Below are positions 49,539 through 59,230 of a stretch of 60,824 nucleotides of DNA, one piece after another (position 1 is the first letter of the stretch; each line of letters opens with the position of its first letter). The stretch covers positions 1-60,824 of the forward strand of contig CABYCI010000002.1 in NCBI GenBank assembly GCA_902517425.1. Direction: 5' to 3'. Both the position numbers and the translations under genes were made by a program. The DNA comes from an uncultured SAR86 cluster bacterium. GTDB taxonomy: Bacteria > Pseudomonadota > Gammaproteobacteria > Magnimaribacterales > D2472. A model generated the notes under the pieces. That model worked only from the letters and a program-made list of their open reading frames with translations. It searched no databases and had not been told where the DNA came from.

Positions 49539-50453
49539 TTAAAACTTATACTCAAAGCCTACTGAAAGATAGTCAACATTTTTAGCTTTGTTACTATTTT
49601 CTCTATTAGAAAGATGAATAAATATTTTTGATACATCGGAAGTCTTGTGTGTATAACCATATGAATTTTGCTTACCAGACTCAAGCTTTATATCAGAACT
49701 AGAAGTTTGCATATATAGACTTCCTTTATTTGAAACTTTCTTTTTAAGACTAGCAACATGACCAGATTCAGAAATACCAGTAGATAACTTTTTTGTTGTT
49801 TGATACAAAAGACCCACATCAACTCCAATTGATTTCATTGAAAATGTAGATGCGACTCTTTTATTGTCATAGCCTTTAGCATTAGAATCTGAGGCAAGAG
49901 CTAATTTTATTGACCCATTTGAATAATCAAGTGCATATGATTCAAAGGATCCTGTGGTTTGACTTACTGAGTTTAATGTTACTTTAAGTCCTTCAATTAT
50001 TTCTGGGCTTGTATAACCAACAAAACTATTCATTCTATTTTCACCTTGAAAAAGATATTTAATGTCAGCTCTGGTGTCATTAAACAAATCAACTTTTAAT
50101 TGAGAAAGTTTCAACGCTGTATCATGTGTACCAGTAAAAAGTTTTCCAAGACTAGTCTCTATTGCTATAAAAGTATTTCTTTCCTTAAAAACTTTTTCTC
50201 CATCTGCTTTGCCATCAGTTGGATCAATCTCATTTTCAATTTGATAAGAAATATTGATTCCTTCAATTAACTTAAATTTTCCTTTTACACCAAGCCTTGA
50301 TGCATTGTTTTCAAATCCAGTATCATGGACAGAGCTTTTTTTTGCGTTCTCATAGCTTGCATTTATCTTTCCATAGAAATCAGGTTCTGCAATCAAATGT
50401 GATGAAGTAAATATAAATAGTGTAAACGAAGATTTTAATAAATAATCTTTCAT
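49539..50453 (-). CDS. Gram-negative porin
   Basis: 304 aa with a signal peptide. Contains FYGKINASYE...NASRLGVKG...YQIE and ends ...GFEYKF. Starts 3 nt after the PiT stop. Confidence 0.7.
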   Translation of the reverse strand: MKDYLLKSSFTLFIFTSSHLIAEPDFYGKINASYENAKKSSVHDTGFENNASRLGVKGKFKLIEGINISYQIENEIDPTDGKADGEKVFKERNTFIAIETSLGKLFTGTHDTALKLSQLKVDLFNDTRADIKYLFQGENRMNSFVGYTSPEIIEGLKVTLNSVSQTTGSFESYALDYSNGSIKLALASDSNAKGYDNKRVASTFSMKSIGVDVGLLYQTTKKLSTGISESGHVASLKKKVSNKGSLYMQTSSSDIKLESGKQNSYGYTHKTSDVSKIFIHLSNRENSNKAKNVDYLSVGFEYKF

Positions 50454-50456
50454 TTC

Positions 50457-51743
50457 TTAAACTCCAAAAAAGAACTTCAGTAAATAAAAGAATAAAACTG
50501 TTAATGTTGCTCCAGCTGGGATTGTGACTATCCATGAAAGAATTATTCTTCCAATAGAACCAAGATCTAAATGAGAGACGCCTTTAGCCAAGCCAACACC
50601 TATAACAGCTCCAACCAATGTATGTGTTGTAGATATTGGAAATCCAATATAAGTTGCGGCAACAACTGTTGATGCTGCAGCCATTTCAGCTGAAAAACCT
50701 AAGCTAGGAGTTAGATGAGTAATTTTTGTACCAACAGTCTTAATCACTCTTCCACCAAGCATGGCTAGCCCAAATACAATACCAACACCACCAATTAAAA
50801 GAACCCAAGGACTTACAGCTGCTTTTGCTCCAATAGCTCCTTCAGAAGCAACGCTAATTATTGCTGACATAGGACCAATTGCATTAGCAACATCATTAGA
50901 TCCATGAGCAAATGCCATTGCAGAAGCAGTAACAATCATAAGGACAGCAAAGGCTGACTCAACTCCGTACTCCCTGATTTTATCTTTATTAACATTTAAT
51001 AAAATTGCTGTAACAATTGCTACTATTAAACCAATTACTGCAGCACCTATTAAAGTTCCAGTATTTGTTCCAACTAACCATAATACCCAATCACTTAAAT
51101 CTTCTTTGTTATCTTTTATGACATACTTTAAACCTTTGTTTATTGTTACAAGTGCAATTGTAAAACCAGTAAAAAAACTATAAAAAGGTATAAATGATAA
51201 TGCCGCTTGAGAGGGATCTCTTCTATCTAAGATTAATTTTTTTGCACTAAGGAATATACAAAATGCTAAAGTTCCAGCAATAGCAGGCGAAGTAACCCAG
51301 CTTGCAGCTATAAGCCCAACTTTTCCCCATGAAACTGCACTAAAACCAAGTGAAATAATTACGAAACCAACAATAGAGCCAACAATTGAGTGAGTCGTTG
51401 AAACTGGCCAACCTTTAATGCTCGCTATAAGTAACCAAGTGGCTGCCGCAAATAATGCTGACATCATTCCGATTATAAAAATATTTTCATTTCCAGAATA
51501 TAAGCCTGGGTCGACGATTCCTTTTCGAATTGTAGAGGTTACCTCTCCACCCGCTAAATATGCTCCAAGAAATTCAAATATTGCAGCAATAAATATTGCT
51601 TGTGTAAATGTTATTGCTTTACTACCAACCGATGTTCCCATCGCGTTAGCAACATCGTTTGCACCAATGCCAAATGCCATAAAAAAACCAGCAAAGGCTG
51701 CAATTAATAATACTATTGTTGGGTCTAAAAATAAGTTTTCCAT
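50457..51743 (-). CDS. inorganic phosphate transporter, PiT family
   Basis: 428 aa with duplicated signatures GANDVANAMGTSVGS and GSNDVANAIGP. Confidence 0.9.
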   Translation of the reverse strand: MENLFLDPTIVLLIAAFAGFFMAFGIGANDVANAMGTSVGSKAITFTQAIFIAAIFEFLGAYLAGGEVTSTIRKGIVDPGLYSGNENIFIIGMMSALFAAATWLLIASIKGWPVSTTHSIVGSIVGFVIISLGFSAVSWGKVGLIAASWVTSPAIAGTLAFCIFLSAKKLILDRRDPSQAALSFIPFYSFFTGFTIALVTINKGLKYVIKDNKEDLSDWVLWLVGTNTGTLIGAAVIGLIVAIVTAILLNVNKDKIREYGVESAFAVLMIVTASAMAFAHGSNDVANAIGPMSAIISVASEGAIGAKAAVSPWVLLIGGVGIVFGLAMLGGRVIKTVGTKITHLTPSLGFSAEMAAASTVVAATYIGFPISTTHTLVGAVIGVGLAKGVSHLDLGSIGRIILSWIVTIPAGATLTVLFFYLLKFFFGV

Positions 51744-51932
51744 AATTATTTAAGTTTTATTAAAATTACTTGAATATTAAATGGTCTCAACGTGACAAAT
51801 ATGTTACTAAAATGAAAATTTTATGAAATATATTGTGAATTTCTAACAAATGTTGCATAAAAACATTTTATAAGAGGAATAATTAGTTTTTGAATAGTAA
51901 TATATGTCATATCAATTTATAAACAATCAATT

Positions 51933-52769
51933 ATGAGTCTCATCTCCCTAGATCAAAGTGAATACAAAAGCCTAGATGCTAAATCGTATGACCGTGAGAA
52001 AAGAAGATTAAGAATTGAATTATTAAAGCTTCAAGAAGATGTCATTAAGAATAATCGGAAATTATGCATTATTTTTGAAGGGAGAGACACAGCTGGTAAG
52101 AGCACTGCTATAAGATTTTTTTCTGAATATTTAAGGCCACAACACTTTAACTATGTTCAACTTGGTATTCCAACTAAGTGGGAGTCTTCCCATTGGTTTC
52201 AAAGATGGAAAAAAACATTACCTAAAAGCGGTGAAATCTCATTTCTTGATAGATCATGGTATACACGAGCTATAACAGAACCAATTATGGGTTATTGCAC
52301 AGAAAATCAATATAGATCTTTTATGAAACGGGTGAACAACTGGGAGGAGGAACAAACACAGCAAGGAGTTGAGCTTACAAAATTCTATTTTTCTTTATCA
52401 AGAGATCAACAACAAATAAGAATGAAAGCAAGAAAGAATTCAGAACTCAAGTATTGGAAGTTATCTAAAAATGATGAAAAAATTATAACTAAATGGAATG
52501 CCTTTACTCTATACAAAGAACAGATGTTTGATAGAACAAGTTCTAAAAAAAATCCATGGATCTCAATTAATTCTAATAATAAAATGATCGCACGGCTAAC
52601 ATCATTGAGATATTTACTTATCAAAACAGAGTATGAAGGTAAAAAAATACTCAAACCCACTAAATGGTCAAAGTCTTTAAATAATTATTCTTTAGATTTA
52701 GAGGGCACAAACTTTGAAAATCTATCTTACGAACAATTTATTGTTCTAAGCAAATATACTGATTCATGA
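51933..52769 (+). CDS. ppk2: polyphosphate kinase 2 (single-domain)
   Basis: 278 aa. Contains P-loop FEGRDTAGKST and a lid-like DRSWYTR. Confidence 0.85.
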   Translation: MSLISLDQSEYKSLDAKSYDREKRRLRIELLKLQEDVIKNNRKLCIIFEGRDTAGKSTAIRFFSEYLRPQHFNYVQLGIPTKWESSHWFQRWKKTLPKSGEISFLDRSWYTRAITEPIMGYCTENQYRSFMKRVNNWEEEQTQQGVELTKFYFSLSRDQQQIRMKARKNSELKYWKLSKNDEKIITKWNAFTLYKEQMFDRTSSKKNPWISINSNNKMIARLTSLRYLLIKTEYEGKKILKPTKWSKSLNNYSLDLEGTNFENLSYEQFIVLSKYTDS

Positions 52770-53626
52770 AGATTGCTTCAATTGATATAGGTACTAACGC
52801 GATTAAATCTAAAATATTTGAAACAAGCCCCTCATCTATAAGTTTTATAGGAGGTATTCGGTCGCCTATCAGACTTGGAGAAGAAGTTTTTAAAAATGGA
52901 TACCTTTCAGATGCTAAGCTTAAAGAGTTAGTAAAAACAATCAAAAAATATCAAAAAACTTTTAGAAATGAAGGAATTGAATTATATGAAATAGTTGCGA
53001 CTAGCGCCTTTCGAAATAGTAATAATTCTGAAGATGCTAGACGATATCTAGAAAATAAAATAAATCATCCAGTAAGAATAATTTCTGGTCTAGAGGAAGC
53101 AAAGTTAATTAGCTATCATCCAAAAGCTCAATCGAATATCAATAAGATATATGTCGATGTTGGGGGCGGTAGTACTGAATGTTATATTTATGAAAATGGT
53201 AAACATTCAATTCAATCTTTTCAATTAGGTGCTGTGCGCTTAATGCTAAAAAAAGATAATAAATCTGAATGGAAAAGAATGAATAAATGGCTTGCTGAGC
53301 AAGAAAATATTGATACGTTAATTGGTTTAGGAGGAAATATAAAAGCGTTTTTGAATATAAATAAATCTAAAAAAATGTCCTCAAAAGAATTCATTAAAAA
53401 TGCTAAGAATCTAAAAGGTTTAAATATTGATGAAAAAATACAGAAATATAATTTTTCTGAGGAACGTGCTGATGTTATTGATTATGCAATGATAATATTC
53501 GAGAGAATTATTAACCAATTAAAAATTAAAGAAATTCGATCAACTAAATGGGGTGTTTCAGATTCAATTGCTGTAAAAACATTTAATGAGCTTTATTCAA
53601 AAAAAATATCAATTTATAAAGACTAA
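52766..53626 (+). CDS. ppx: Ppx/GppA-family phosphatase (short, N-terminal domains only)
   Basis: 286 aa. Contains ASIDIGTNAIKSKIF and DVGGGSTE. Overlaps ppk2 by 4 nt (ATGA). Confidence 0.7.
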   Translation: MKIASIDIGTNAIKSKIFETSPSSISFIGGIRSPIRLGEEVFKNGYLSDAKLKELVKTIKKYQKTFRNEGIELYEIVATSAFRNSNNSEDARRYLENKINHPVRIISGLEEAKLISYHPKAQSNINKIYVDVGGGSTECYIYENGKHSIQSFQLGAVRLMLKKDNKSEWKRMNKWLAEQENIDTLIGLGGNIKAFLNINKSKKMSSKEFIKNAKNLKGLNIDEKIQKYNFSEERADVIDYAMIIFERIINQLKIKEIRSTKWGVSDSIAVKTFNELYSKKISIYKD

Positions 53627-54066
53627 TTAAAATAAAGGATAGTTTGAGATTGATTATCAATTTTAGTGTATTCAACTATTTTTAAGTTCATATTTAATTT
53701 GGCTGAAACTTCATCTGAAATAGCTATTGAATCTTGTAAGTTTTTTGTTAAAAAGTTTATCTTTAGATAATCTTCCTCTTCAAGAACCTCACTATTAATA
53801 ACAAGATTTGATTTTTCATTTTGTAAAAAGGAACTTATATCAGTGATATTTAGTTTTGAATTTACAAGAGATTGATTAAGGACTTCGATCTTAGCAACAA
53901 CATATTCATAGTCATTTTTTACTTTTGCTAATTGTTTGTTAGATGAATTGACAGAACTAATTAGATTACTTGAAATTGAAAATATAAAAAAAATTAATAT
54001 TGCAGCTAAGGCTAAAAAAATTAAATATTTTTCTCTTTTATTAAGATTATTTATAAAATTATTCAT
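53623..54066 (-). CDS. gspM: type II secretion system protein M
   Basis: 147 aa with a single N-terminal TM. Called from its position after gspL and 4-nt overlap. Confidence 0.6.
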   Translation of the reverse strand: MNNFINNLNKREKYLIFLALAAILIFFIFSISSNLISSVNSSNKQLAKVKNDYEYVVAKIEVLNQSLVNSKLNITDISSFLQNEKSNLVINSEVLEEEDYLKINFLTKNLQDSIAISDEVSAKLNMNLKIVEYTKIDNQSQTILYFN

Positions 54067-55217
54067 TGTTTAAATTCAATTTTAATTGACCCAGAGGAAA
54101 GGTTATTTGTAAAAGTAATATCTTCATTTATAACCGCTACATCAAATCTCTTCGCAATTCCTTTTATTAAGCTGTATTGCATTTCAGGCATGTTGTTAAT
54201 GTTTAGAATAGCTGAATTGGTTGCAAAATCTATTTCAACTTTATCAATAAATTTATCACCTAGTACAATTAAAAACTCTAGATTTGAAAAATTTGATACA
54301 TTATTTTGTGGATTATAGGCAACAGGAACCTGCTGTATTAATTGATCTATTTGTATTTTTGGCGTTACTACCCTTTTGGTATTTTTATCAATTAGTTTAA
54401 ATAGTTTGAAAGTTTCATCTTTATAGGTATTTATGTAGTTATTATTAATTGCTACTAATGAATATGGTAAAGCAAATACAGAAATTAAAAGAAAAGTGCA
54501 TATGTACATCTCAGTTTTTGAAAAATTTAATTTTTTTAAAATGCTTTTAATTGAGATATTAAATTTAAATAGATTGGGTAAAGCGCTGACATCTTGTTCA
54601 ATAAAGCTCTTAATATTAAATACTGAATCAGTTTTATGATTTTGGAATAGTTTTTGGATTTCACTATTTTTAATTGAAATAACTGGATTAAAATCTGGGT
54701 ATGTATTTTTTAAAATATGTATGTATTGTTCTAGAGAATCTTTGTTTATTGAGGTACCGGTTCCATCTGATAATGCTATTAAGAATTTGTTATTAAATTC
54801 AGTAATAGAATCTGAGTTAGCTTTATTATTTAAAAAATAATCTGGAAGTAATATAGTTTTACACTTTAATGAACTTAAGGATTCGTTTAACGTTTGAAAA
54901 ATTAACTTATCCATAACAAAACCAATGTTGTTTATAAGAAAGAATTCATTATCAGAAACATCGTTGACTATATTGCCCTCAATTTCAGCTATGAAGTTAG
55001 CTAAATTATTTTGAGAAGAAAGAGTTTTATTTTGTTTAAATATATAACTACTTATTAAATTTGAGGGTATTAAGTAAATTAGCATATCGTCATGAGTAAG
55101 AGATTCAAACTCACTGAAATTATTGAAAATATTGGATTTTTTATAGTTATCCTCATCTTTGTGAAATATTCCACAATTTAGATCTGAGCTAGTAGGATAA
55201 GTAAGATATGTTTTCAT
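54063..55217 (-). CDS. gspL: type II secretion system protein L
   Basis: 384 aa with one TM near residue 240 (MYICTFLLISVFALPYSLVAI). Called mainly from position between gspK and gspM. Confidence 0.6.
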   Translation of the reverse strand: MKTYLTYPTSSDLNCGIFHKDEDNYKKSNIFNNFSEFESLTHDDMLIYLIPSNLISSYIFKQNKTLSSQNNLANFIAEIEGNIVNDVSDNEFFLINNIGFVMDKLIFQTLNESLSSLKCKTILLPDYFLNNKANSDSITEFNNKFLIALSDGTGTSINKDSLEQYIHILKNTYPDFNPVISIKNSEIQKLFQNHKTDSVFNIKSFIEQDVSALPNLFKFNISIKSILKKLNFSKTEMYICTFLLISVFALPYSLVAINNNYINTYKDETFKLFKLIDKNTKRVVTPKIQIDQLIQQVPVAYNPQNNVSNFSNLEFLIVLGDKFIDKVEIDFATNSAILNINNMPEMQYSLIKGIAKRFDVAVINEDITFTNNLSSGSIKIEFKQ

Positions 55218-56185
55218 TAAATACCATTATAAATTCTTGAGGCAATATAGCCATTTTTATTACCTTCATAAATTATGATGCTTTTTGAGGATGCTGAAAA
55301 ATCATCAGATTGAATTTGTGTATTTAGTTCAAATATATTGGAAGTAAATTTCACTGTTCCATTTGTAAGACTAAAATCTAAATCTGGAAATGCTTTTTTA
55401 AGATTGTCTACATTATCAAAACCCTCATCAGGGATATTATCAATTATATAATTAGCATCTTTTAGATCTATGTTTGGATACATTGAATTTAGTAAATAAT
55501 TATGTTGTTTTGAGAGTGTATTTATATTGAAAGATAAATTTGATGTTATTGGTATTGCACAAAAATTATCTTTGATTAAGTTCCAATTAATTTCCTTTAT
55601 TGAGGGAATCGTCTTGAGTTCATCTATAGAAACTAATAAGCGCATGCCGCTATACTCTCTTGGACTATGCAAGGGACCAGAATAAAAATAGTCCTCTAAT
55701 CCATTTGCTCTTGGATTTGAATCCTTGTCTATCCAGTCAATTATTTGGTCTATCATCTCATTGATCATGTTCTCTTCAATATCCAAAGATGTCATTAATT
55801 CTTTAAAGGCTTTGGTGGTTTTGGTGTTTTCAAAATAATTCCCATCATTTAATAAAACAATAGAATTAATATTAAAACAATTAGAGGCATCGGTTATCTT
55901 TCCTATAACCTCTGATTTATCAGAATCAAAATTAAAACTATTTTTTAGAATTGGATTATTTTTTGATAGTTTATTGGAGTTAAATCTAAGTTCATTGCTA
56001 ATTACCTTATAAGACAAAGATTCAATATTTCTAAAGGAATTTAAAGATATAGATTGAAATTCAATAAATTGAGCTCTTTTTAATGAAAGAAGATATTTGT
56101 TTCCAAAAATTACAGCTACAGAGGATAGAAGCAGCACTATCAATAGGATTGAAATTAAAACGACTCCTTTATCTCTAAAATACAT
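55217..56185 (-). CDS. gspK: type II secretion minor pseudopilin K
   Basis: The ORF track starts at 56242, a 68-nt overlap with gspJ. M20 at 56185 gives a typical N-terminus, MYFRDKGVVLISILLIVLLLS. Confidence 0.7.
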   Translation of the reverse strand: MYFRDKGVVLISILLIVLLLSSVAVIFGNKYLLSLKRAQFIEFQSISLNSFRNIESLSYKVISNELRFNSNKLSKNNPILKNSFNFDSDKSEVIGKITDASNCFNINSIVLLNDGNYFENTKTTKAFKELMTSLDIEENMINEMIDQIIDWIDKDSNPRANGLEDYFYSGPLHSPREYSGMRLLVSIDELKTIPSIKEINWNLIKDNFCAIPITSNLSFNINTLSKQHNYLLNSMYPNIDLKDANYIIDNIPDEGFDNVDNLKKAFPDLDFSLTNGTVKFTSNIFELNTQIQSDDFSASSKSIIIYEGNKNGYIASRIYNGI

Positions 56186-56762
56186 AATCAATATTTGGTT
56201 CGATGATCCAGGTATATTCTTTTCCATTTTTTTCAAATTCAAACCTTATCAAGGTTGGAATTTTTTTTTCTGTATTGGAATTTATTGGCCATTTAGGATG
56301 CCACTGACGTTCATGCAGAAATTCTATATTCATTCTAGAGACATCTGATATTAATTCAGTATCAAAATATTCATCGATATTATAGGGATTTGCCGAATAA
56401 AACTGTTTTCTCTTAAATGTGCCTTCTTCAAGAATATATTCAATTCTCTTTATAGGTGAAGTCTCGTTAGAAATGGATTTTATTCTTGTATTAAATAAAA
56501 TCTTATTATCGATATTACTACCTATCATTACTCCATTTAAAAAATTTCCATAATTATCTCTTAAGGGAACATTGATAGCCTGTCTTATGTCTCTTTTAAT
56601 AATGATAGATGAAAAATTTAAGCTCCTAGCCGAGTGGAGTCTTTGACTTACTGTTCTTTCTATATCTAATGATGATTGAAGAATGCTTGATGAAATAACA
56701 GTTATCAAAGATAGAATAACCAAGGAAACAAGAACTTCGATTAGAGTAAATCCCCTATTCAT
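56175..56762 (-). CDS. gspJ: type II secretion minor pseudopilin J
   Basis: 195 aa with prepilin N-terminus MNRG|FTLIEVLVSL. Confidence 0.8.
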   Translation of the reverse strand: MNRGFTLIEVLVSLVILSLITVISSSILQSSLDIERTVSQRLHSARSLNFSSIIIKRDIRQAINVPLRDNYGNFLNGVMIGSNIDNKILFNTRIKSISNETSPIKRIEYILEEGTFKRKQFYSANPYNIDEYFDTELISDVSRMNIEFLHERQWHPKWPINSNTEKKIPTLIRFEFEKNGKEYTWIIEPNIDYVF

Positions 56763-57135
56763 TATTTATAAATCCTTTAATTGAATACACATACTTTTCT
56801 TGATCAGCTAACCTTATTAAGATTTCATATTCATAATAATCATTAGTTGGACCATTTTTAATGGATTCATTCCAGTACCATCTCTCACCACCCATAATCA
56901 TTTCACCGTTTCTTACAACTGGCTTTTTAGGCTTTTCAACTGTATTGATTAAAGCAATTCGATTATTAGCAACTTCTTTTGCTAAATATCTTTGTTCAAG
57001 TTCAAATGATGATGTTGCTGTAGAAATAATTAAGTTGTAAATGGTTATAACAGAAACGCTTAATATAAATAAAGAAACAACAACTTCTATTAAGCTAAAC
57101 CCTCGTTTAAATTGATTAGTAATCAATAATCTCAT
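56755..57135 (-). CDS. gspI: type II secretion minor pseudopilin I
   Basis: Prepilin motif KRG|FSLIEVVVSL. The likely start is M6 at 57135 rather than the ORF-track start at 57150. Confidence 0.8.
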   Translation of the reverse strand: MRLLITNQFKRGFSLIEVVVSLFILSVSVITIYNLIISTATSSFELEQRYLAKEVANNRIALINTVEKPKKPVVRNGEMIMGGERWYWNESIKNGPTNDYYEYEILIRLADQEKYVYSIKGFINNE

Positions 57136-57625
57136 TATAAATTTTTCCATTATTTTTAATAACTAAACGATGAATATAATCTTCAAAATATATATCGATT
57201 TCACCACCAGAAATTTCTCCAGAGGGATAGAATAAAATTAATGGTGACTCTAATTTATTTTTATCTAAATCAATTTTAATGCCATCTAAATATGTAAATG
57301 TTTTACTTAGTGATGAAGAATCTTCCCAAATAGAATTATCAAGATTGCTTATTTTTTTTTCTACACCATTCTCAGATACAAAGGTTGCGTATTGATTTGT
57401 GCTATTAAAATACCAAGCAACAATATTTCCTGAAACTATACTTTCTTCAGCTAGGAATCTTGAATATTCTTCTACTGAATTTGTTTGCTTTTCAATTGAA
57501 CTAACTGTGTTAAAGCTTAGCGTAATCAAAGTAGTTGAAATACCGATAATTAGTAAAACTACCAACAATTCAATTAACGTAAAACCTTTAAATATTTTTT
57601 TATTCTTGCATCCAATTACCAACAT
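57116..57625 (-). CDS. gspH: type II secretion minor pseudopilin H
   Basis: Prepilin motif FKG|FTLIELLVVL. The likely start is M8 at 57625 rather than the ORF-track start at 57646. Confidence 0.75.
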   Translation of the reverse strand: MLVIGCKNKKIFKGFTLIELLVVLLIIGISTTLITLSFNTVSSIEKQTNSVEEYSRFLAEESIVSGNIVAWYFNSTNQYATFVSENGVEKKISNLDNSIWEDSSSLSKTFTYLDGIKIDLDKNKLESPLILFYPSGEISGGEIDIYFEDYIHRLVIKNNGKIYNEIIDY

Positions 57626-58043
57626 CAGCGTCCTCACCAGAACCACCCTCTAAGCCATCAGCTCCCAGGGTGTATAAGTCATATTTAGCAGTTCTTCTTG
57701 ATGGATACTCATATATATATTCTCTTCCCCAAGGATCTTTAGGAAGTGAGGATATGTAGCCGCTTTCTGGATATAAAAATGGATTCTTTAATTCAGAATG
57801 AGGTTTAACCAATGCATCAAGTCCTTGAGAGGTAGATGGATAAGTAAGTTCATTGAATCTATAAAGCTCTAATGCTTTATTAGTATTAGCCATATCAGCA
57901 CGTATTTTTTCAAAATTAGCTCTTTGAAAAACAGGATCAATGCTGACAGCAACTATTGTGGCAAGAATACCTAATATGACTAAAACAGCCATAAGTTCAA
58001 TAAGGGTGAATCCTTTATTCCTATTTTTATTTAATATTTTCAT
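57600..58043 (-). CDS. gspG: type II secretion major pseudopilin G
   Basis: 147 aa. Contains NKG|FTLIELMAVLVILGILA, DPWGREYIY, and the Ca-binding tail LGADGLEGGSGEDADVGNW. Confidence 0.92.
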   Translation of the reverse strand: MKILNKNRNKGFTLIELMAVLVILGILATIVAVSIDPVFQRANFEKIRADMANTNKALELYRFNELTYPSTSQGLDALVKPHSELKNPFLYPESGYISSLPKDPWGREYIYEYPSRRTAKYDLYTLGADGLEGGSGEDADVGNWMQE

Positions 58044-59230
58044 ATCGCTAATGTATTCATTTGCATTATAGGTATAAGTATAGCTAGAACAATCATCATA
58101 ATAAAACCGCCCATAAAAATAATTACAATTGGCTCAAGAAGAGATAAAAAAATTGATCTTTTACTCTCAATTTCTGATTTCATGAATTGTGCAACTTTAT
58201 TAAACATTTTTACTAAATTACCTGATCTGTATCCACTAGATACAAGTTGAATGAAAATATCCGGGAGTGCTGCATCTTGTTTGAGTGAATTAATAAAATC
58301 TTTGCCTTCCATTACATCTTTTTTTGAATTAATAATAATATTTGCTAAATATTTATTACTAAACACATTTGAACACTCTTCTAGAGCAACATCTAGGTTC
58401 GTACCTGAAGCCAATAGTAACTCCATAGTGCTTGAGAACTTTTCTAGCTCCGAATTTAGTAGAAAATTACCTAGGAATGGTAATTCAAGAATTTTTTTAT
58501 GTGCTTTAATTTTATTGTTTACAGTTTTTGTATAATTTTTATAGAGCAGATATAAACCAATACCACTTAAAATAATAACTATAGTTATAGGAATAATATT
58601 ACTAGAGATACCTAGTAAAATTTTTGTTATAAGTGGTAGTTCAGCTCCAGCCTTAATAAACTGATTTACTACCTGAGGTAGGACAAATACCAATAAAGAC
58701 ATTATTACAATGATTGAAAATGCTACTAATATTAATGGGTAAGTTAAAGCTGAAAGAACTTTTTGTCTGATAGAAGCACTTTCTTCAAGATAGTCTGCTA
58801 ATCTTGAAAAAACAACATCTAAATTTCCTGACGAATCTCCAGCTGTGACCATTGATATATAAGTATCTGAAAATAGACTGGGGAATTTCTTCATAGAATT
58901 ACCAAGTCTTTTTCCTTGAACAATATCTTCCTTAAGGCTAAATAGTACATATATAAGGTCTTTATTTTTTAATTGCTTTGTTGTTATTTCAAGTGCATCA
59001 ACAATAGGAGTATTTGCATCCAGCAATGTTGATAATTGCCTTGTCATAATCACAATATCTTTATTTTTTACTTTTAATGATTTTGTTATATCTTTTGATT
59101 CGGTAATTTTTAAAGGTGTTAATTGGAGGTCTTTAACTAATCTTCGAGCCTCTCTTTCTGAATTTGCACTAAGAATGCCCTTCTTTTTTATACCTGCCTC
59201 ATTTATTGCTGTATAACTAAATGCTGGCAT
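58040..59230 (-). CDS. gspF: type II secretion inner-membrane platform protein F
   Basis: 396 aa with the duplicated GspF/PilC domain architecture and 3 TM segments. Confidence 0.9.
   Translation of the reverse strand: MPAFSYTAINEAGIKKKGILSANSEREARRLVKDLQLTPLKITESKDITKSLKVKNKDIVIMTRQLSTLLDANTPIVDALEITTKQLKNKDLIYVLFSLKEDIVQGKRLGNSMKKFPSLFSDTYISMVTAGDSSGNLDVVFSRLADYLEESASIRQKVLSALTYPLILVAFSIIVIMSLLVFVLPQVVNQFIKAGAELPLITKILLGISSNIIPITIVIILSGIGLYLLYKNYTKTVNNKIKAHKKILELPFLGNFLLNSELEKFSSTMELLLASGTNLDVALEECSNVFSNKYLANIIINSKKDVMEGKDFINSLKQDAALPDIFIQLVSSGYRSGNLVKMFNKVAQFMKSEIESKRSIFLSLLEPIVIIFMGGFIMMIVLAILIPIMQMNTLAI

Noticed and set aside
51905-51920. TGTCATATCAATTTAT, a Pho-box-like half-site before ppk2
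   Set aside because: It lies only about 13-28 nt from the ATG, too close to be a -35-overlapping PhoB site, and the second half-site is poor.
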